Shown: piece by piece, positions 10,329 to 19,907 of the stretch
Numbering within the stretch: position 1 is the first letter of the stretch
Layout of the letters: every line of letters begins with the position of its first letter
Source: a bacterium
GTDB lineage: Bacteria; Patescibacteriota; Patescibacteriia; Patescibacteriales; UBA12465
NCBI GenBank assembly: GCA_030696105.1
Contig: JAUYNJ010000005.1
Coordinates: 13,678-77,677 of the forward strand
Length of the DNA: 64,000 bases
Direction: 5' to 3'
Made by a program: the position numbers and the translations under genes
The notes under the pieces: model-generated
Database searches by the model: none
Told to the model about the DNA's origin: nothing
The model's input: only the letters and a program-made list of their open reading frames with translations

Positions 10329-10425
10329 CTAGCATACGTCTTGATTAACCGGTAATCAATTCATAAACTAAGTGATTTTCAAAAATAAGGGGCAAAGCCT
10401 TTTTCTTGAAAATTATTAAACAAAT

Positions 10426-10938
10426 ATGAAGAAAAAAGGAAATGTAATTATCGCCAGCGTTTTAGGCTTAGCCGTATTTACTCTCGCTGGGTTTGCTTTA
10501 GATGCTAGTGCCAGTAATGGTAATCGTTTAATGCGGGGTCAGGATGCGAGTAAAGCAGGTAAGGCTGGCTGGTCAAAAAATTTGAACGCTGAGCAACAAG
10601 TCCTGATGGAGTCGCAGCGCGCAGAAAAAGAGCAGGAAAGAGTTGCTCACCGCGCCGCTATGACCAGCGCGATAGAAAGCGGTAATTATGACGCTTGGGC
10701 AGCAACTGTCCGCGAACAAATGGGAGAAACTGCTCCTATCTTAGAACGTGTTAATGTAAACAACTTTGCTCAATTCGCTGAAGCTCATAGCTTAATGCTT
10801 CAAGCGCGTGAGAAGTTTGAGGCGATGGGACTCGATTCCGAGGCAATGGGCATGGGCATGGGTAAAGGAAAGATGAAAGGTATGGGCCAAGGCCGTAACC
10901 ATTCAATGATGAACGCTTCTGCCAGCGTTGCACAATAA
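10426..10938 (+). CDS. Secreted helical protein with Met/Gly-rich C-terminal tail (function unknown)
   Basis: Basic N-terminus plus hydrophobic signal peptide ending ASA; MGMGMGKGKMKGMGQG tail. Confidence 0.75.
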   Translation: MKKKGNVIIASVLGLAVFTLAGFALDASASNGNRLMRGQDASKAGKAGWSKNLNAEQQVLMESQRAEKEQERVAHRAAMTSAIESGNYDAWAATVREQMGETAPILERVNVNNFAQFAEAHSLMLQAREKFEAMGLDSEAMGMGMGKGKMKGMGQGRNHSMMNASASVAQ

Positions 10939-10989
10939 TTAGTCACCACTGACATATCTTGGCGAAGGCATATTGCTCTCGCCCAGGCG

Positions 10990-11018
10990 AAAACCTCCGG
11001 AATGGGGGTTTTTGTTTT
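10990..11018 (+). terminator. Intrinsic terminator
   Basis: AAAACCTCC-GGAAT-GGGGGTTTT followed by T-rich tail. Confidence 0.65.
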
Positions 11019-11098
11019 ATCTCTTAATTATTTTTTTCGTTTAAAGTCATGAAAATTTATGATATAATTTTATAATATACAAACATATTTATTATTTC

Positions 11099-12775
11099 AT
11101 GGAATCTAATCTTTTTTTACAGTTAAGCGCCCTCTTAGCCATCACGGTTAGTGTGGCCTTTTTTGTTCGTCTCGCCAAGCAACCACTCTTAGTTGCATAC
11201 ATGGTTGCTGGTATTATTAGCGGCCCTTTATTGCTCAACGTTCTCTCTGATGGCGAGCATATGTATGATGCCTTTGCCAGTTTTGGTGTGGTGCTACTAC
11301 TATTTATCATTGGGCTCGACTTAAATTTCTCCTACTTAAAAAAAATAGGCAAAGAAGCCTTAATTATTGGCCTAGCACAATTTGTTATTAATTTTGGCAT
11401 GCTCTTACCACTCGCCCGGTACTTTGGTTTTAGCTGGCAGAGTTCAATATTCTTAGCTATCGCTGCTTGTTTCTCTAGTACTATTGTTGTCTTGAAGCTA
11501 CTTGGAGACAAACAAGACGAGGAAGCGGTCTACGGTCGTTATACCATCGGCTTGATGCTGGTTCAGGATATGATTTCGATTGTTGTTCTTCTGGCTTTAA
11601 GTTTCGGGGGCGCGCAGGCGGGCATGGGTGGGGACACCCTTTGGCTTATTCTTAAAGCGTTTGCAGTGATTGTTGGCATTGCTATTTTAGCTAAACATGT
11701 CGTTCCATATATTCTTGATCGCATCGCTGCCTCTGGAGAATTTCTATTCATATTTACGGTTGCCTGGTGTTTTGGCGTTGCCTCATTATTACATTGGGCT
11801 GGATTTTCCTTGGAGCTTGGCGCTGTAGTGGCCGGGATAAGTTTAGGGGCGTCGCGTTATCAAGCGGAAATCGCTAGTCGTATTAAACCGCTGCGTGATT
11901 TTTTTATTGTCATCTTCTTTATTATTCTCGGTAGTGGTGCCGACTTCAGTCAGGTTGACGGTGTCTTAATCCCTGCCTTACTACTCGCGGCCCTTGTCGT
12001 ATTCATCAAGCCGGTGTTTCTGTATATTATTTTCCGTTCTCGTCACTTCACGCGTCGTAATAGTTTCTTGGCAGCCTTAACCTCGGGCCAATTAAGTGAG
12101 TTTGGTTTTATTATATTATTCGCTGGTGCGGCTGGTGGTTATCTAGATGGTCGTGAGCTGCAAATTTTTACGGTAGCGGCTATTATTACTATATTCGCGT
12201 CTTCATACTTTATATCTTATAGTTACAAGATATATAATTTTTTAATGCCAGTTTTCCTTCTCTTCGGCAAGGATACACGTGTGCAACCAGAGAACATTAA
12301 GGAAAGTTACCCAGCAATTATATTTGGTTTTCACCGCACTGGTTGGAAGATTGGTGAGGCCTTAACGGCAAAGGGCATTAAGTTTGCGACCGTAGACTTT
12401 AACCCCGAAAACGTGGAACGCCATCAAAAAAAAGGAGTGCGTGCTTTCTTTGGTGATGCTTCCGACATCGAGTTTTTGCGTTCACTGCCTATTGCCGAGG
12501 CCAAGATTATAGTTTCGACCGTACCTTCTCCTGAAGATCAGCTGGTTTTAATAAACTTCGTACGCCGTGTTAATCCGAAAGCGGTAATGGTGGCGAGTTT
12601 ATATCACAAGAAGTATTTGCCGGCTTTATATGATGCTGGCGCTGATTATGTTATTTTGCCTCACCTGCTCGGCGGCTCGTGGGCGGCGAACATTATTGAA
12701 CGTGGCGAATTTGGTCGTCGGACCGCTTGGGGAAAGTACCGCCGTCAGCAGGCCCTTGATTTAGGGGGCAGCTAA
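11099..12775 (+). CDS. Cation:proton antiporter (CPA2/Kef family) with C-terminal TrkA-N (KTN) domain
   Basis: Many TM helices, FSSTIVVLK, LVQD, PLRDFF, GQLSEFGF; cytoplasmic GFHRTG..FGDASD domain. Confidence 0.9.
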   Translation: MESNLFLQLSALLAITVSVAFFVRLAKQPLLVAYMVAGIISGPLLLNVLSDGEHMYDAFASFGVVLLLFIIGLDLNFSYLKKIGKEALIIGLAQFVINFGMLLPLARYFGFSWQSSIFLAIAACFSSTIVVLKLLGDKQDEEAVYGRYTIGLMLVQDMISIVVLLALSFGGAQAGMGGDTLWLILKAFAVIVGIAILAKHVVPYILDRIAASGEFLFIFTVAWCFGVASLLHWAGFSLELGAVVAGISLGASRYQAEIASRIKPLRDFFIVIFFIILGSGADFSQVDGVLIPALLLAALVVFIKPVFLYIIFRSRHFTRRNSFLAALTSGQLSEFGFIILFAGAAGGYLDGRELQIFTVAAIITIFASSYFISYSYKIYNFLMPVFLLFGKDTRVQPENIKESYPAIIFGFHRTGWKIGEALTAKGIKFATVDFNPENVERHQKKGVRAFFGDASDIEFLRSLPIAEAKIIVSTVPSPEDQLVLINFVRRVNPKAVMVASLYHKKYLPALYDAGADYVILPHLLGGSWAANIIERGEFGRRTAWGKYRRQQALDLGGS

Positions 12776-12789
12776 GTTAAGTATTATAT

Positions 12790-14310
12790 ATGTTGAAGAA
12801 GTGCTCACTGGCCAGTTTAATATTTGCATATCGTTACCGTGCTCTGCAGGCATCGATTGCAAATCCTACTCTTGCTCAAAATAGAATATTCCGTTACCTC
12901 ATCCGCAAAGGCAGGCACACGCTCTTTGGGCGTGATCATAATTTTGCGCACATTAAATCCTACAATGATTATTGTCGCCTGGTTCCGCTTAGTCGTTATG
13001 AAGATATTAAGCCTTATATTGAGAGACTATTGCACGGTGAAAATTATATTCTCTGGCCGGAAAAGATTAAATATTTTTCTAAGTCCTCAGGCACGACAAG
13101 TAGTAAGAGTAAATATATCCCTGTCAGTAACAGCGCTTTAAACGATTGTCATTATCGTGGCGGACGCAGTTTGCTGGCTTGTTACTTTACCCAGAATTTG
13201 AATTCCAATTTATTGCGAGGGCAGAACTTTGCTCTCGGTGGCAGCCGGCAGAAGGACGAAATTGGCGAGGGTAAATACATTGCTGATGTTTCAGCGATAC
13301 TTATGAAAAAGTTGCCTTGGTGGGCACAGTTACGCCGCAGTCCTCGTTTTAGTATTGCGTCTATGTCGGAGTGGGAGGAAAAGCTGCTTCGTATTACTGA
13401 AGTGATTGCCTTTCAAAATATTGTTAGTCTTTCTGGCGTACCATCCTGGAACCTGGCTTTAGCTAAAAAAATATTGGAGCTAACTGGTAAAAAAAACTTA
13501 AGGGAAGTTTGGCCTAAGCTTGAGCTCTTCATGCATGGCGGCACGAGTATGGCGCCATACAAAGAGCAGTTTAAGGCTTTGGTAGGCGCGGATGACATGC
13601 ATTACTTAGAGGTCTATAACGCCTCAGAGGGTTATTTTGCTTTTCAGGATAAATTGGAGCGTCAGGATATGTTGTTATTTGTTGATGGCGGGATTTTTTA
13701 TGAATTTGTGCCCCTAGAAGAATTAAGTAAAGCAAATCCGCACGCTTTAACTTTAAATGAAGTTGAGTTGGATAAGAACTACGCCCTAGTGATTTCCACT
13801 AATGCCGGTCTGTGGCGTTATGTGATTGGCGATACTGTAAAATTTACCTCGCTTAAGCCTTACCGCATAATTATTACCGGTCGTACAAAAAGCTTCATTA
13901 ATGCTTGTGGCGAAGAGCTCGTGGTTGAAAATGCAGATGAAGCAGTTAAAGAGGCTTGTCGTCAGTCAGAAGCTAATGTTAAAGAGTATACCGCGGCGCC
14001 TTTGTTTGGTGCAGGGAAGGAAGCGGTCGCCTGTCATCAGTGGTTGTTTGAATTTGAGCAAGCGCCAGCCGATATAAATGAATTTGGGCTTGCACTTGAT
14101 CGTGAGCTGCGATGTCGTAATTCTGACTATGAGGCCAAGCGTCATAAAGATATGAACCTTGGTCCGCCTCGGCTGATTGTTGCTCGAGAAAACGTATTCT
14201 ATGATTGGTTGAAGCAAAATAAACGTTTAGGCGGACAGTCGAAGATTCCGCGCCTGGCAAATGACAGGCAGATTATGGATGTATTGCTCAGCTTAAATGA
14301 AGAAAGATAG
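12790..14310 (+). CDS. GH3 family acyl-acid amido synthetase (bacterial GH3 auxin-responsive promoter family)
   Basis: SSGTTSSKSKYIP, YNASEGYF, GLWRYVIGD, GGQSKIPRL motifs typical of GH3 adenylate-forming enzymes. Confidence 0.88.
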   Translation: MLKKCSLASLIFAYRYRALQASIANPTLAQNRIFRYLIRKGRHTLFGRDHNFAHIKSYNDYCRLVPLSRYEDIKPYIERLLHGENYILWPEKIKYFSKSSGTTSSKSKYIPVSNSALNDCHYRGGRSLLACYFTQNLNSNLLRGQNFALGGSRQKDEIGEGKYIADVSAILMKKLPWWAQLRRSPRFSIASMSEWEEKLLRITEVIAFQNIVSLSGVPSWNLALAKKILELTGKKNLREVWPKLELFMHGGTSMAPYKEQFKALVGADDMHYLEVYNASEGYFAFQDKLERQDMLLFVDGGIFYEFVPLEELSKANPHALTLNEVELDKNYALVISTNAGLWRYVIGDTVKFTSLKPYRIIITGRTKSFINACGEELVVENADEAVKEACRQSEANVKEYTAAPLFGAGKEAVACHQWLFEFEQAPADINEFGLALDRELRCRNSDYEAKRHKDMNLGPPRLIVARENVFYDWLKQNKRLGGQSKIPRLANDRQIMDVLLSLNEER

Positions 14311-14314
14311 AGAG

Positions 14315-14343
14315 TGGAAGAAAAGCGCAGATTTTACGTATTA
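14315..14343 (+). promoter_or_regulatory. Putative autoregulatory ECF-sigma promoter
   Basis: TGGAAG (14315-14320), 16 bp, CGTA (14337-14340), about 20 bp before the sigma ATG. Confidence 0.7.
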
Positions 14344-14361
14344 GCTTTATAAGTGAAATTC

Positions 14362-14949
14362 ATGGAAAATCAACCGCTTGAATCAGAATTAGATGACGCG
14401 GAATTAGTTCGACTCAGCCTGGCTGATCCGGCTACTTTTTCGTTAATCATTGCACGTTATAAAGACAAGCTACTGCGCTATGTCCGTCGTTTGGGCGCTT
14501 CTAACCTGGAGGATGCCGAGGATATTCTTCAAGATTTATTCTTAAAGGTATATTTAAACTTAAATGAGTTTAATCAGAGCTTGAAGTTTTCCTCCTGGAT
14601 ATATCGCATTGCACATAATGAGGCGATTAGTCACTTTCGTAAACGTCAAGCACGCCCAGAAGCGTACTCAATTCCGCTTGATACCCCAGGCTTACAACTG
14701 CTTGCAAATGACTTGGCTCTTGATAGACATGTTGATGGCATTTTACGTGACGAAGCGGTTAGCAAAGCATTGATGAAAATTGATGCACGTCACCGGGAGA
14801 TTATTATCTTGAAATTTTTTGAAGAGAAGAATTATAACGAGATATCTGATATTTTAAAAAAGCCATTAGGCACCATCGCCTCTTTACTTAATCGTGCGAA
14901 GAAGTCTTTAAGGGATGAGATGCCATCAAAATGGCATGAAGTAAAATAA
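14362..14949 (+). CDS. ECF RNA polymerase sigma factor (SigW/SigE-like)
   Basis: Region 2 DAEDILQDLFLKVY..FSSWIYRIAHN and region 4 YNEISDILKKPLGTIASLLNRAK; ATG at 14362 preferred over GTG at 14353. Confidence 0.92.
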   Translation: MENQPLESELDDAELVRLSLADPATFSLIIARYKDKLLRYVRRLGASNLEDAEDILQDLFLKVYLNLNEFNQSLKFSSWIYRIAHNEAISHFRKRQARPEAYSIPLDTPGLQLLANDLALDRHVDGILRDEAVSKALMKIDARHREIIILKFFEEKNYNEISDILKKPLGTIASLLNRAKKSLRDEMPSKWHEVK

Positions 14950-14950
14950 T

Positions 14951-15697
14951 ATGCAGTCAGATTTAGGTCAAACAATTATTGATAAGATAAAAAATGAGAG
15001 CCTGGTCCCAAAGCCTCGCTGGCATTTTCTGTTGCGAGAGTGGTTAGTTTGGACTTTTGGAACCTTGGCTTTAATTGTCGGCGCCGCTTCAGTGGCTGTT
15101 ATGCGGTATTTAGCTGAGAACAGTCCCTGGGCAATGCATTCAACTTACGGGCAAACATTCGCTGGTTGGCTATTATTATCACTGCCTTACTTCTGGCTAT
15201 TCTTATTGGGTTTGTTTCTCTGGTTGCTATATTACAATTTAAAACACACTAAACGCGGTTATCGCTATCCGATGTTTTATGTTGCTCTCGCCGCCCTCTT
15301 TGCCAGCATTCTGCTCGGTCTCGCTTTTTACACCCTCGGTGTCGGTCGAGCGATTGACGGCGTGTTAGGTAGGAAGGCGCCGCTCTACGCCCACGTATTT
15401 AATCCTCACGTCGATTTCTGGTCTGCACCTGAAGAAGGTCGCTTGGCTGGTTTAGTGGTAGCACACACAGCCGACGAAAATACCTTTATATTAATTGACC
15501 GTGATCGAGGTGAATGGCTCGTTACTTATAATCCTCGTGACGATAGTTTTATCCTTATCGGACAACCACTGCGAGCCTTCGGAACTATTACGGGAGAACA
15601 GCGTTTTGAGGCGGTAAAAATTATGCGCATGATGTCTGGGCGTGAATACTTTCAACGACTGGGTCCAGGCAACGGCGGCATGCACCGCAATAAATAA
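14951..15697 (+). CDS. Membrane protein, probable anti-sigma factor (about 3 TM plus C-terminal beta-rich domain)
   Basis: Starts 1 bp after the ECF stop; hydrophobic segments followed by a soluble beta-strand-rich C-terminus. Confidence 0.6.
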   Translation: MQSDLGQTIIDKIKNESLVPKPRWHFLLREWLVWTFGTLALIVGAASVAVMRYLAENSPWAMHSTYGQTFAGWLLLSLPYFWLFLLGLFLWLLYYNLKHTKRGYRYPMFYVALAALFASILLGLAFYTLGVGRAIDGVLGRKAPLYAHVFNPHVDFWSAPEEGRLAGLVVAHTADENTFILIDRDRGEWLVTYNPRDDSFILIGQPLRAFGTITGEQRFEAVKIMRMMSGREYFQRLGPGNGGMHRNK

Positions 15698-15701
15698 ATA
15701 T

Positions 15702-15738
15702 AAAACAGCCTTACTCGAAGACGGTAAGGCTGTTTTTT
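15702..15738 (+). terminator. Intrinsic terminator closing the ECF operon
   Basis: AAAACAGCCTTAC...GTAAGGCTGTTTTTT. Confidence 0.8.
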
Positions 15739-15775
15739 AATACAATATGCTATACTAGTAATATAATTAAATTTT

Positions 15776-16251
15776 ATGAACAAAAAAATTATTTACTTTT
15801 AGCTGGCAGTATTTTAGTCAGCTTAGCCGCTGGCGCCATTGGCTCCAGGTTTACCATCACGGGGCCAGGGAGCTGGTATGAATTGATTGAGAAGCCCTTT
15901 TTTAATCCACCGGGTTGGATATTCGGGCCAGTCTGGATGATTCTCTATATTTTGATGGGGGTCGCTCTATTTCTAGTCATAAAACAGGAGGCGAAAAAAA
16001 AGGAAGTATTTCAAGCAGCAAAAATATTTTTCATTCAACTTTTCTTTAATATTCTTTGGTCCTATTTCTTTTTCGGTTTAAGTAATCCGCGTTTAGCCTT
16101 TTTAGAGATAATTGCACTCATACTCTCTATTATTGCTACCATGATTGCTTTTGCAAGAGTGGATAAACTTGCGATGAAATTACTAATTCCGTACCTGCTT
16201 TGGGTGCTGTTTGCAGCGTTTTTAAATTATACTATCTGGCAATTGAATTAA
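15776..16251 (+). pseudogene. tspO: TspO/MBR tryptophan-rich sensory protein, frameshifted at an A7 tract near the start
   Basis: WYxxIxKPxFNPPxWIFGPVW and PYLxWVxFAxxLN motifs; the ATG at 15776 is out of frame with the body of the gene. Confidence 0.65.
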
Positions 16252-16266
16252 TGTTTCTATAATAAT

Positions 16267-17043
16267 ATGGAATTACTCTGGTTCTTACCCGCATTTACCC
16301 TCATTTATATCAGTGCTTGGTATTTACTTTCCTTGCGGGTCAAAAGATGGGATGTTATTGATGTTGCTTGGGGTCCAGGCTTCATTTTTCTTGTTTGGAT
16401 TGCCTGGTATTTTCGTGGCATGCCCACCGACGGGCGAGCTGCTTGGATTATTGTTTTAATTACACTTTGGGGTGCACGACTCTTGTATCATACGTATCGT
16501 CGTAATCTCAGCAAGGATGAAGATTGGCGCTATCATCGCTGGCATCAGGGAAGCGGTTGGCGCTTCTTTCTCAAATCTTATGTGAGCGTTTTCTTATTTC
16601 AAGGGGCCTTAATGATGATTATTGCCTTGCCGGCAGTGTACAGCTTGAGTTTCATGTCACTTCGTTTGTACAGTATTAATAATCTTGGGATTGTTTTAAT
16701 GATTGTTGGTTTGTTATATGAAACTCTGGCTGACTATCAGCGTCGCGTTTTTTTGCAGGAACCGATTAATAAGGATAGGTTAATTACTTACGGTCTATGG
16801 AAGCATAGCCGCCATCCCAATTATTTTGGTGAGATGTTATTTTGGTGGGGCTTATTCTTTATTGTTCTGGGGGCACCAAAATCTTGGATGTTAATTGTAT
16901 CCCCGCTCACAATTACTTATGTGTTACTTTTCGTTTCTGGTTTACCGATGGAAGAACGTTACCGTGGTCGCCCTGATTTTGAAGAATATCGTCGGCGCAC
17001 TTCTGCTATTATCCCTTGGTTTACAAAAAAGGCCCGCACTTAG
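16267..17043 (+). CDS. DUF1295 family membrane protein (steroid 5-alpha reductase/ICMT-like)
   Basis: DVAWG, EDWRY, ExxADxQ, GLWxxSRHPNYFGE motifs. Confidence 0.88.
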   Translation: MELLWFLPAFTLIYISAWYLLSLRVKRWDVIDVAWGPGFIFLVWIAWYFRGMPTDGRAAWIIVLITLWGARLLYHTYRRNLSKDEDWRYHRWHQGSGWRFFLKSYVSVFLFQGALMMIIALPAVYSLSFMSLRLYSINNLGIVLMIVGLLYETLADYQRRVFLQEPINKDRLITYGLWKHSRHPNYFGEMLFWWGLFFIVLGAPKSWMLIVSPLTITYVLLFVSGLPMEERYRGRPDFEEYRRRTSAIIPWFTKKART

Positions 17044-17056
17044 CGGATCCTTTTTT
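17025..17056. terminator. Bidirectional terminator between DUF1295 and copA
   Basis: A6-GG..CCGC-ACTTA-GCGG..CC-T6 between convergent genes. Confidence 0.6.
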
Positions 17057-17065
17057 ATTTATAGA

Positions 17066-19306
17066 CTACAGCTTTATATTCTTTAAGCGTAAGGAGTTCA
17101 AGACAACCGATATGCTACTGAAGGCCATAGCGGCACCCGCAAAGGCGGGGTTTAAAACCAGTCCAAATATTGGGTATAGTAGGCCGGCGGCTAAAGGAAT
17201 GCCGACAATGTTGTAAATGAAGGCCCAGAAAAGGTTTTCTTTGATGGTGCGGAAAGTGAGGCGGGACAGTCTGTAGGCTTGTACCGCTTTTTTCAGGTCA
17301 CCGCCAAGAATTGTGATTCCAGCGGTAGACATAGCGGCGTCTGTGCCGGTGGCCATCGCAATGCCGCTGTCAGCTTGAGCGAGAGCGGGCGCATCGTTAA
17401 TGCCGTCACCAAGCATAGCGACTTTGTGACCCTGTGCCTGTAATTCGCGAATCACGCTCGCTTTGTTTTCAGGCAACATATTTGCTCGAACCTCATCAAT
17501 GCCAGCTAAGCGGGCAATACGAGCAGCAGCGTTAGCTCTGTCGCCGGTGAGCATCATGATTTTTAGGCCATTCTTTTTTAAAGCTTTAATCGCTTCAATG
17601 GCTTCCTCCTTTATTTCATCACCGCAGGCAATTTGTCCAATTAGCTTATTAGCTATGGAAACATCAATGATGGTTTCGCCTTGATCATTACGCGCAGTTG
17701 CCCAAGCACCAAGTGCTTCGCCGCTTTTTCCAATTTTTACATTAGTATCGTTAACACGACCACTAACACCATGTCCGCTTTGGGCTTGGAAACCGGCGAC
17801 CAACTGTTGGCCATAGGGTAGTTTTCTCGTTTTAGCTTCGTTTACAATCGCTTCTGCGAGAGGGTGCTCGGAATATTGCTCAAGTGCTGAGGCGATTAAT
17901 AAAATATCATCTTCGCTCTTATTGTCAGCGACCACATTGACAGCGGTGACTTTAATATTGCCGCTGGTAACGGTGCCAGTTTTATCCATCACTACAATGT
18001 CAGTTTCGCGTAGCTTTTCGAGAGCTTCTGCGTTTTTAATTAAGATGCCTTGTTTTGCGCCGCGACCAATGGCCGCCATTAAGGCGGTTGGAGTTGCTAA
18101 ACCAAGGGCACAGGGGCAAGCAATAACAAGGACTCCGACTAAAGCAGCAATGGCGCCGCTCATCGCGTTTTCAAAGCCGATGGTGTATGGTCCAATAAAT
18201 ATCCAAAGTAAGAAGGAGACAAGCGCAATCACTAAGACAATAGGTACGAAGACGGCCGAAATTTTGTCGCTGAGATTCTGAATAGGGGAGCGACTGTTTT
18301 GAGCCTCTTTTACAAGCTTAATAATATGCGCTAATACTGTGTCAGCGCCAACACTTTCGGCTTTGACAATTAATAACCCTTGTCGATTAATAGTACCGCC
18401 TATTACCTTATCACCAACCGTCTTATCAGCCGGCATGGCTTCACCACTAATCATTGATTCATCAACGCTGGAGTGACCTTCAACAACAGTGCCGTCAACG
18501 GGAATTTTCATTCCCGGTTTTACAATTATACGATCGTGAACCTTAATATTAGCGGTGGCAATTTCTTCGTCTCCGCCTTTTTTTTGAATATAGGCAAGGT
18601 CGGGACGTAGATTCATTAATGCCTCGATGGCGGCGCCACTGCGGCGCTTGGCATTTTTTTCTAAATATTTTCCAAGGATAATGAAGCCAATGACGACAAT
18701 GGTGGCGTCAAAATAATAATGGGAGGCTAAACCGAGCTTCGCGCCAACAAGCGGGAAGAGAAAGAGGAATAAGCTGTAAAAATAGGCAGTGGCCGTACCT
18801 AAGCCAACAAGGGTGTCCATATTAGCTACACGATAACGAGCGAAACGCTTAAGGGCGGTTAAAAAGCGACGTCCTGGTCCAAACATAATTACGCTGGCTG
18901 AGAGCAGCAAGAACACATCCATGATATGCATCGGCAAGGGAAGAGCCGGTAAGCGCGGCACGTAGGAGGCGATAAGACTGTATATCATTGTGACGAATAC
19001 GAATACGGCAATGGGCACTGCAATATAAAATCCGTCTTTCTCACGCGCTTCTTCTGGGTCATAGTCAGCTTGAATGGCCGTTTCGCTAGTCTGTTCGGAA
19101 TAGACTAAGGAATATCCATACTTTTCAATCTCAGTATTGATGCTGGGCAGGCTGATTGTGTTCGGTTCGTATTGTATTTTAGCTTCCTCGCTAGCATAGT
19201 TAACATCAACCTGTTTTACTCCTGGGAGTTTTTCAAGACGTGACTTAACAATTTGAGCACAACTTGTGCAATGGAGGCCTTTTACTGGGTATGTATTTGT
19301 TTCCAT
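17066..19306 (-). CDS. copA: Copper-translocating P1B-type ATPase
   Basis: N-terminal GLHCTSC HMA, SGE(A) actuator, CPCALGLATP, DKTGT, EHPL, GDGINDAP, YN and MAFSS TM motifs; ATG at 19306. Confidence 0.93.
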   Translation of the reverse strand: METNTYPVKGLHCTSCAQIVKSRLEKLPGVKQVDVNYASEEAKIQYEPNTISLPSINTEIEKYGYSLVYSEQTSETAIQADYDPEEAREKDGFYIAVPIAVFVFVTMIYSLIASYVPRLPALPLPMHIMDVFLLLSASVIMFGPGRRFLTALKRFARYRVANMDTLVGLGTATAYFYSLFLFLFPLVGAKLGLASHYYFDATIVVIGFIILGKYLEKNAKRRSGAAIEALMNLRPDLAYIQKKGGDEEIATANIKVHDRIIVKPGMKIPVDGTVVEGHSSVDESMISGEAMPADKTVGDKVIGGTINRQGLLIVKAESVGADTVLAHIIKLVKEAQNSRSPIQNLSDKISAVFVPIVLVIALVSFLLWIFIGPYTIGFENAMSGAIAALVGVLVIACPCALGLATPTALMAAIGRGAKQGILIKNAEALEKLRETDIVVMDKTGTVTSGNIKVTAVNVVADNKSEDDILLIASALEQYSEHPLAEAIVNEAKTRKLPYGQQLVAGFQAQSGHGVSGRVNDTNVKIGKSGEALGAWATARNDQGETIIDVSIANKLIGQIACGDEIKEEAIEAIKALKKNGLKIMMLTGDRANAAARIARLAGIDEVRANMLPENKASVIRELQAQGHKVAMLGDGINDAPALAQADSGIAMATGTDAAMSTAGITILGGDLKKAVQAYRLSRLTFRTIKENLFWAFIYNIVGIPLAAGLLYPIFGLVLNPAFAGAAMAFSSISVVLNSLRLKNIKL

Positions 19307-19310
19307 ATGG

Positions 19311-19874
19311 TTATAAGTTATACCATTCTTCACGCCATTCGCTTAAAGTTTCTTTTGAGGCCGACAAGAAGGCGCCGACGGCGTCGGCGTTATCAATAAC
19401 TGCCGCACGGCTAGTCTTAGTTTTTATTTCTGCCACCATCTCGATGCCTTCTTCGTGATGAGCAATTAGCGCATTAAGAAATCTTAAATCAAAAGTGTCT
19501 CCGGCTTCGCCTAAATTGGGCACCGTTGGTGCTGGTGCTTGGCGGCGGTCACGGTACCACTCATGCTTGAATTCATATAATTCAGCTATCAGCTTTGGCT
19601 CACTTTCTTTTATCATCTCGGCTAAATCTTTAATTTCCTGACGATTACTTTCTGCCGCCGCTTGCTCCGCTAACTTAATAGCGCTTTGGTGATGGGTGAT
19701 CATAGCGTCAAGATATCGTCTGTCAATAAAGTAGTCAGCCTTGCCTAGGTCCATCCCATCTTTATCATACATTTGTGCCTTGTAGTCGGATGTTTGTGAG
19801 TAGCCGATAACAATACCAATCATGACGCCAATCACGGCCAGACTCAGAGCGAGATACAAAGATATCTTTTGCAT
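19311..19874 (-). CDS. DUF305 (CopM-like) membrane-anchored metal-binding protein
   Basis: Two DxxF/YLxxMIxHH repeats (MITHHQSAI, LIAHHEEGI) after an N-terminal TM. Confidence 0.8.
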   Translation of the reverse strand: MQKISLYLALSLAVIGVMIGIVIGYSQTSDYKAQMYDKDGMDLGKADYFIDRRYLDAMITHHQSAIKLAEQAAAESNRQEIKDLAEMIKESEPKLIAELYEFKHEWYRDRRQAPAPTVPNLGEAGDTFDLRFLNALIAHHEEGIEMVAEIKTKTSRAAVIDNADAVGAFLSASKETLSEWREEWYNL

Positions 19875-19907
19875 ATGATTATAATTAGTAATTATAACGA
19901 ATAAATA

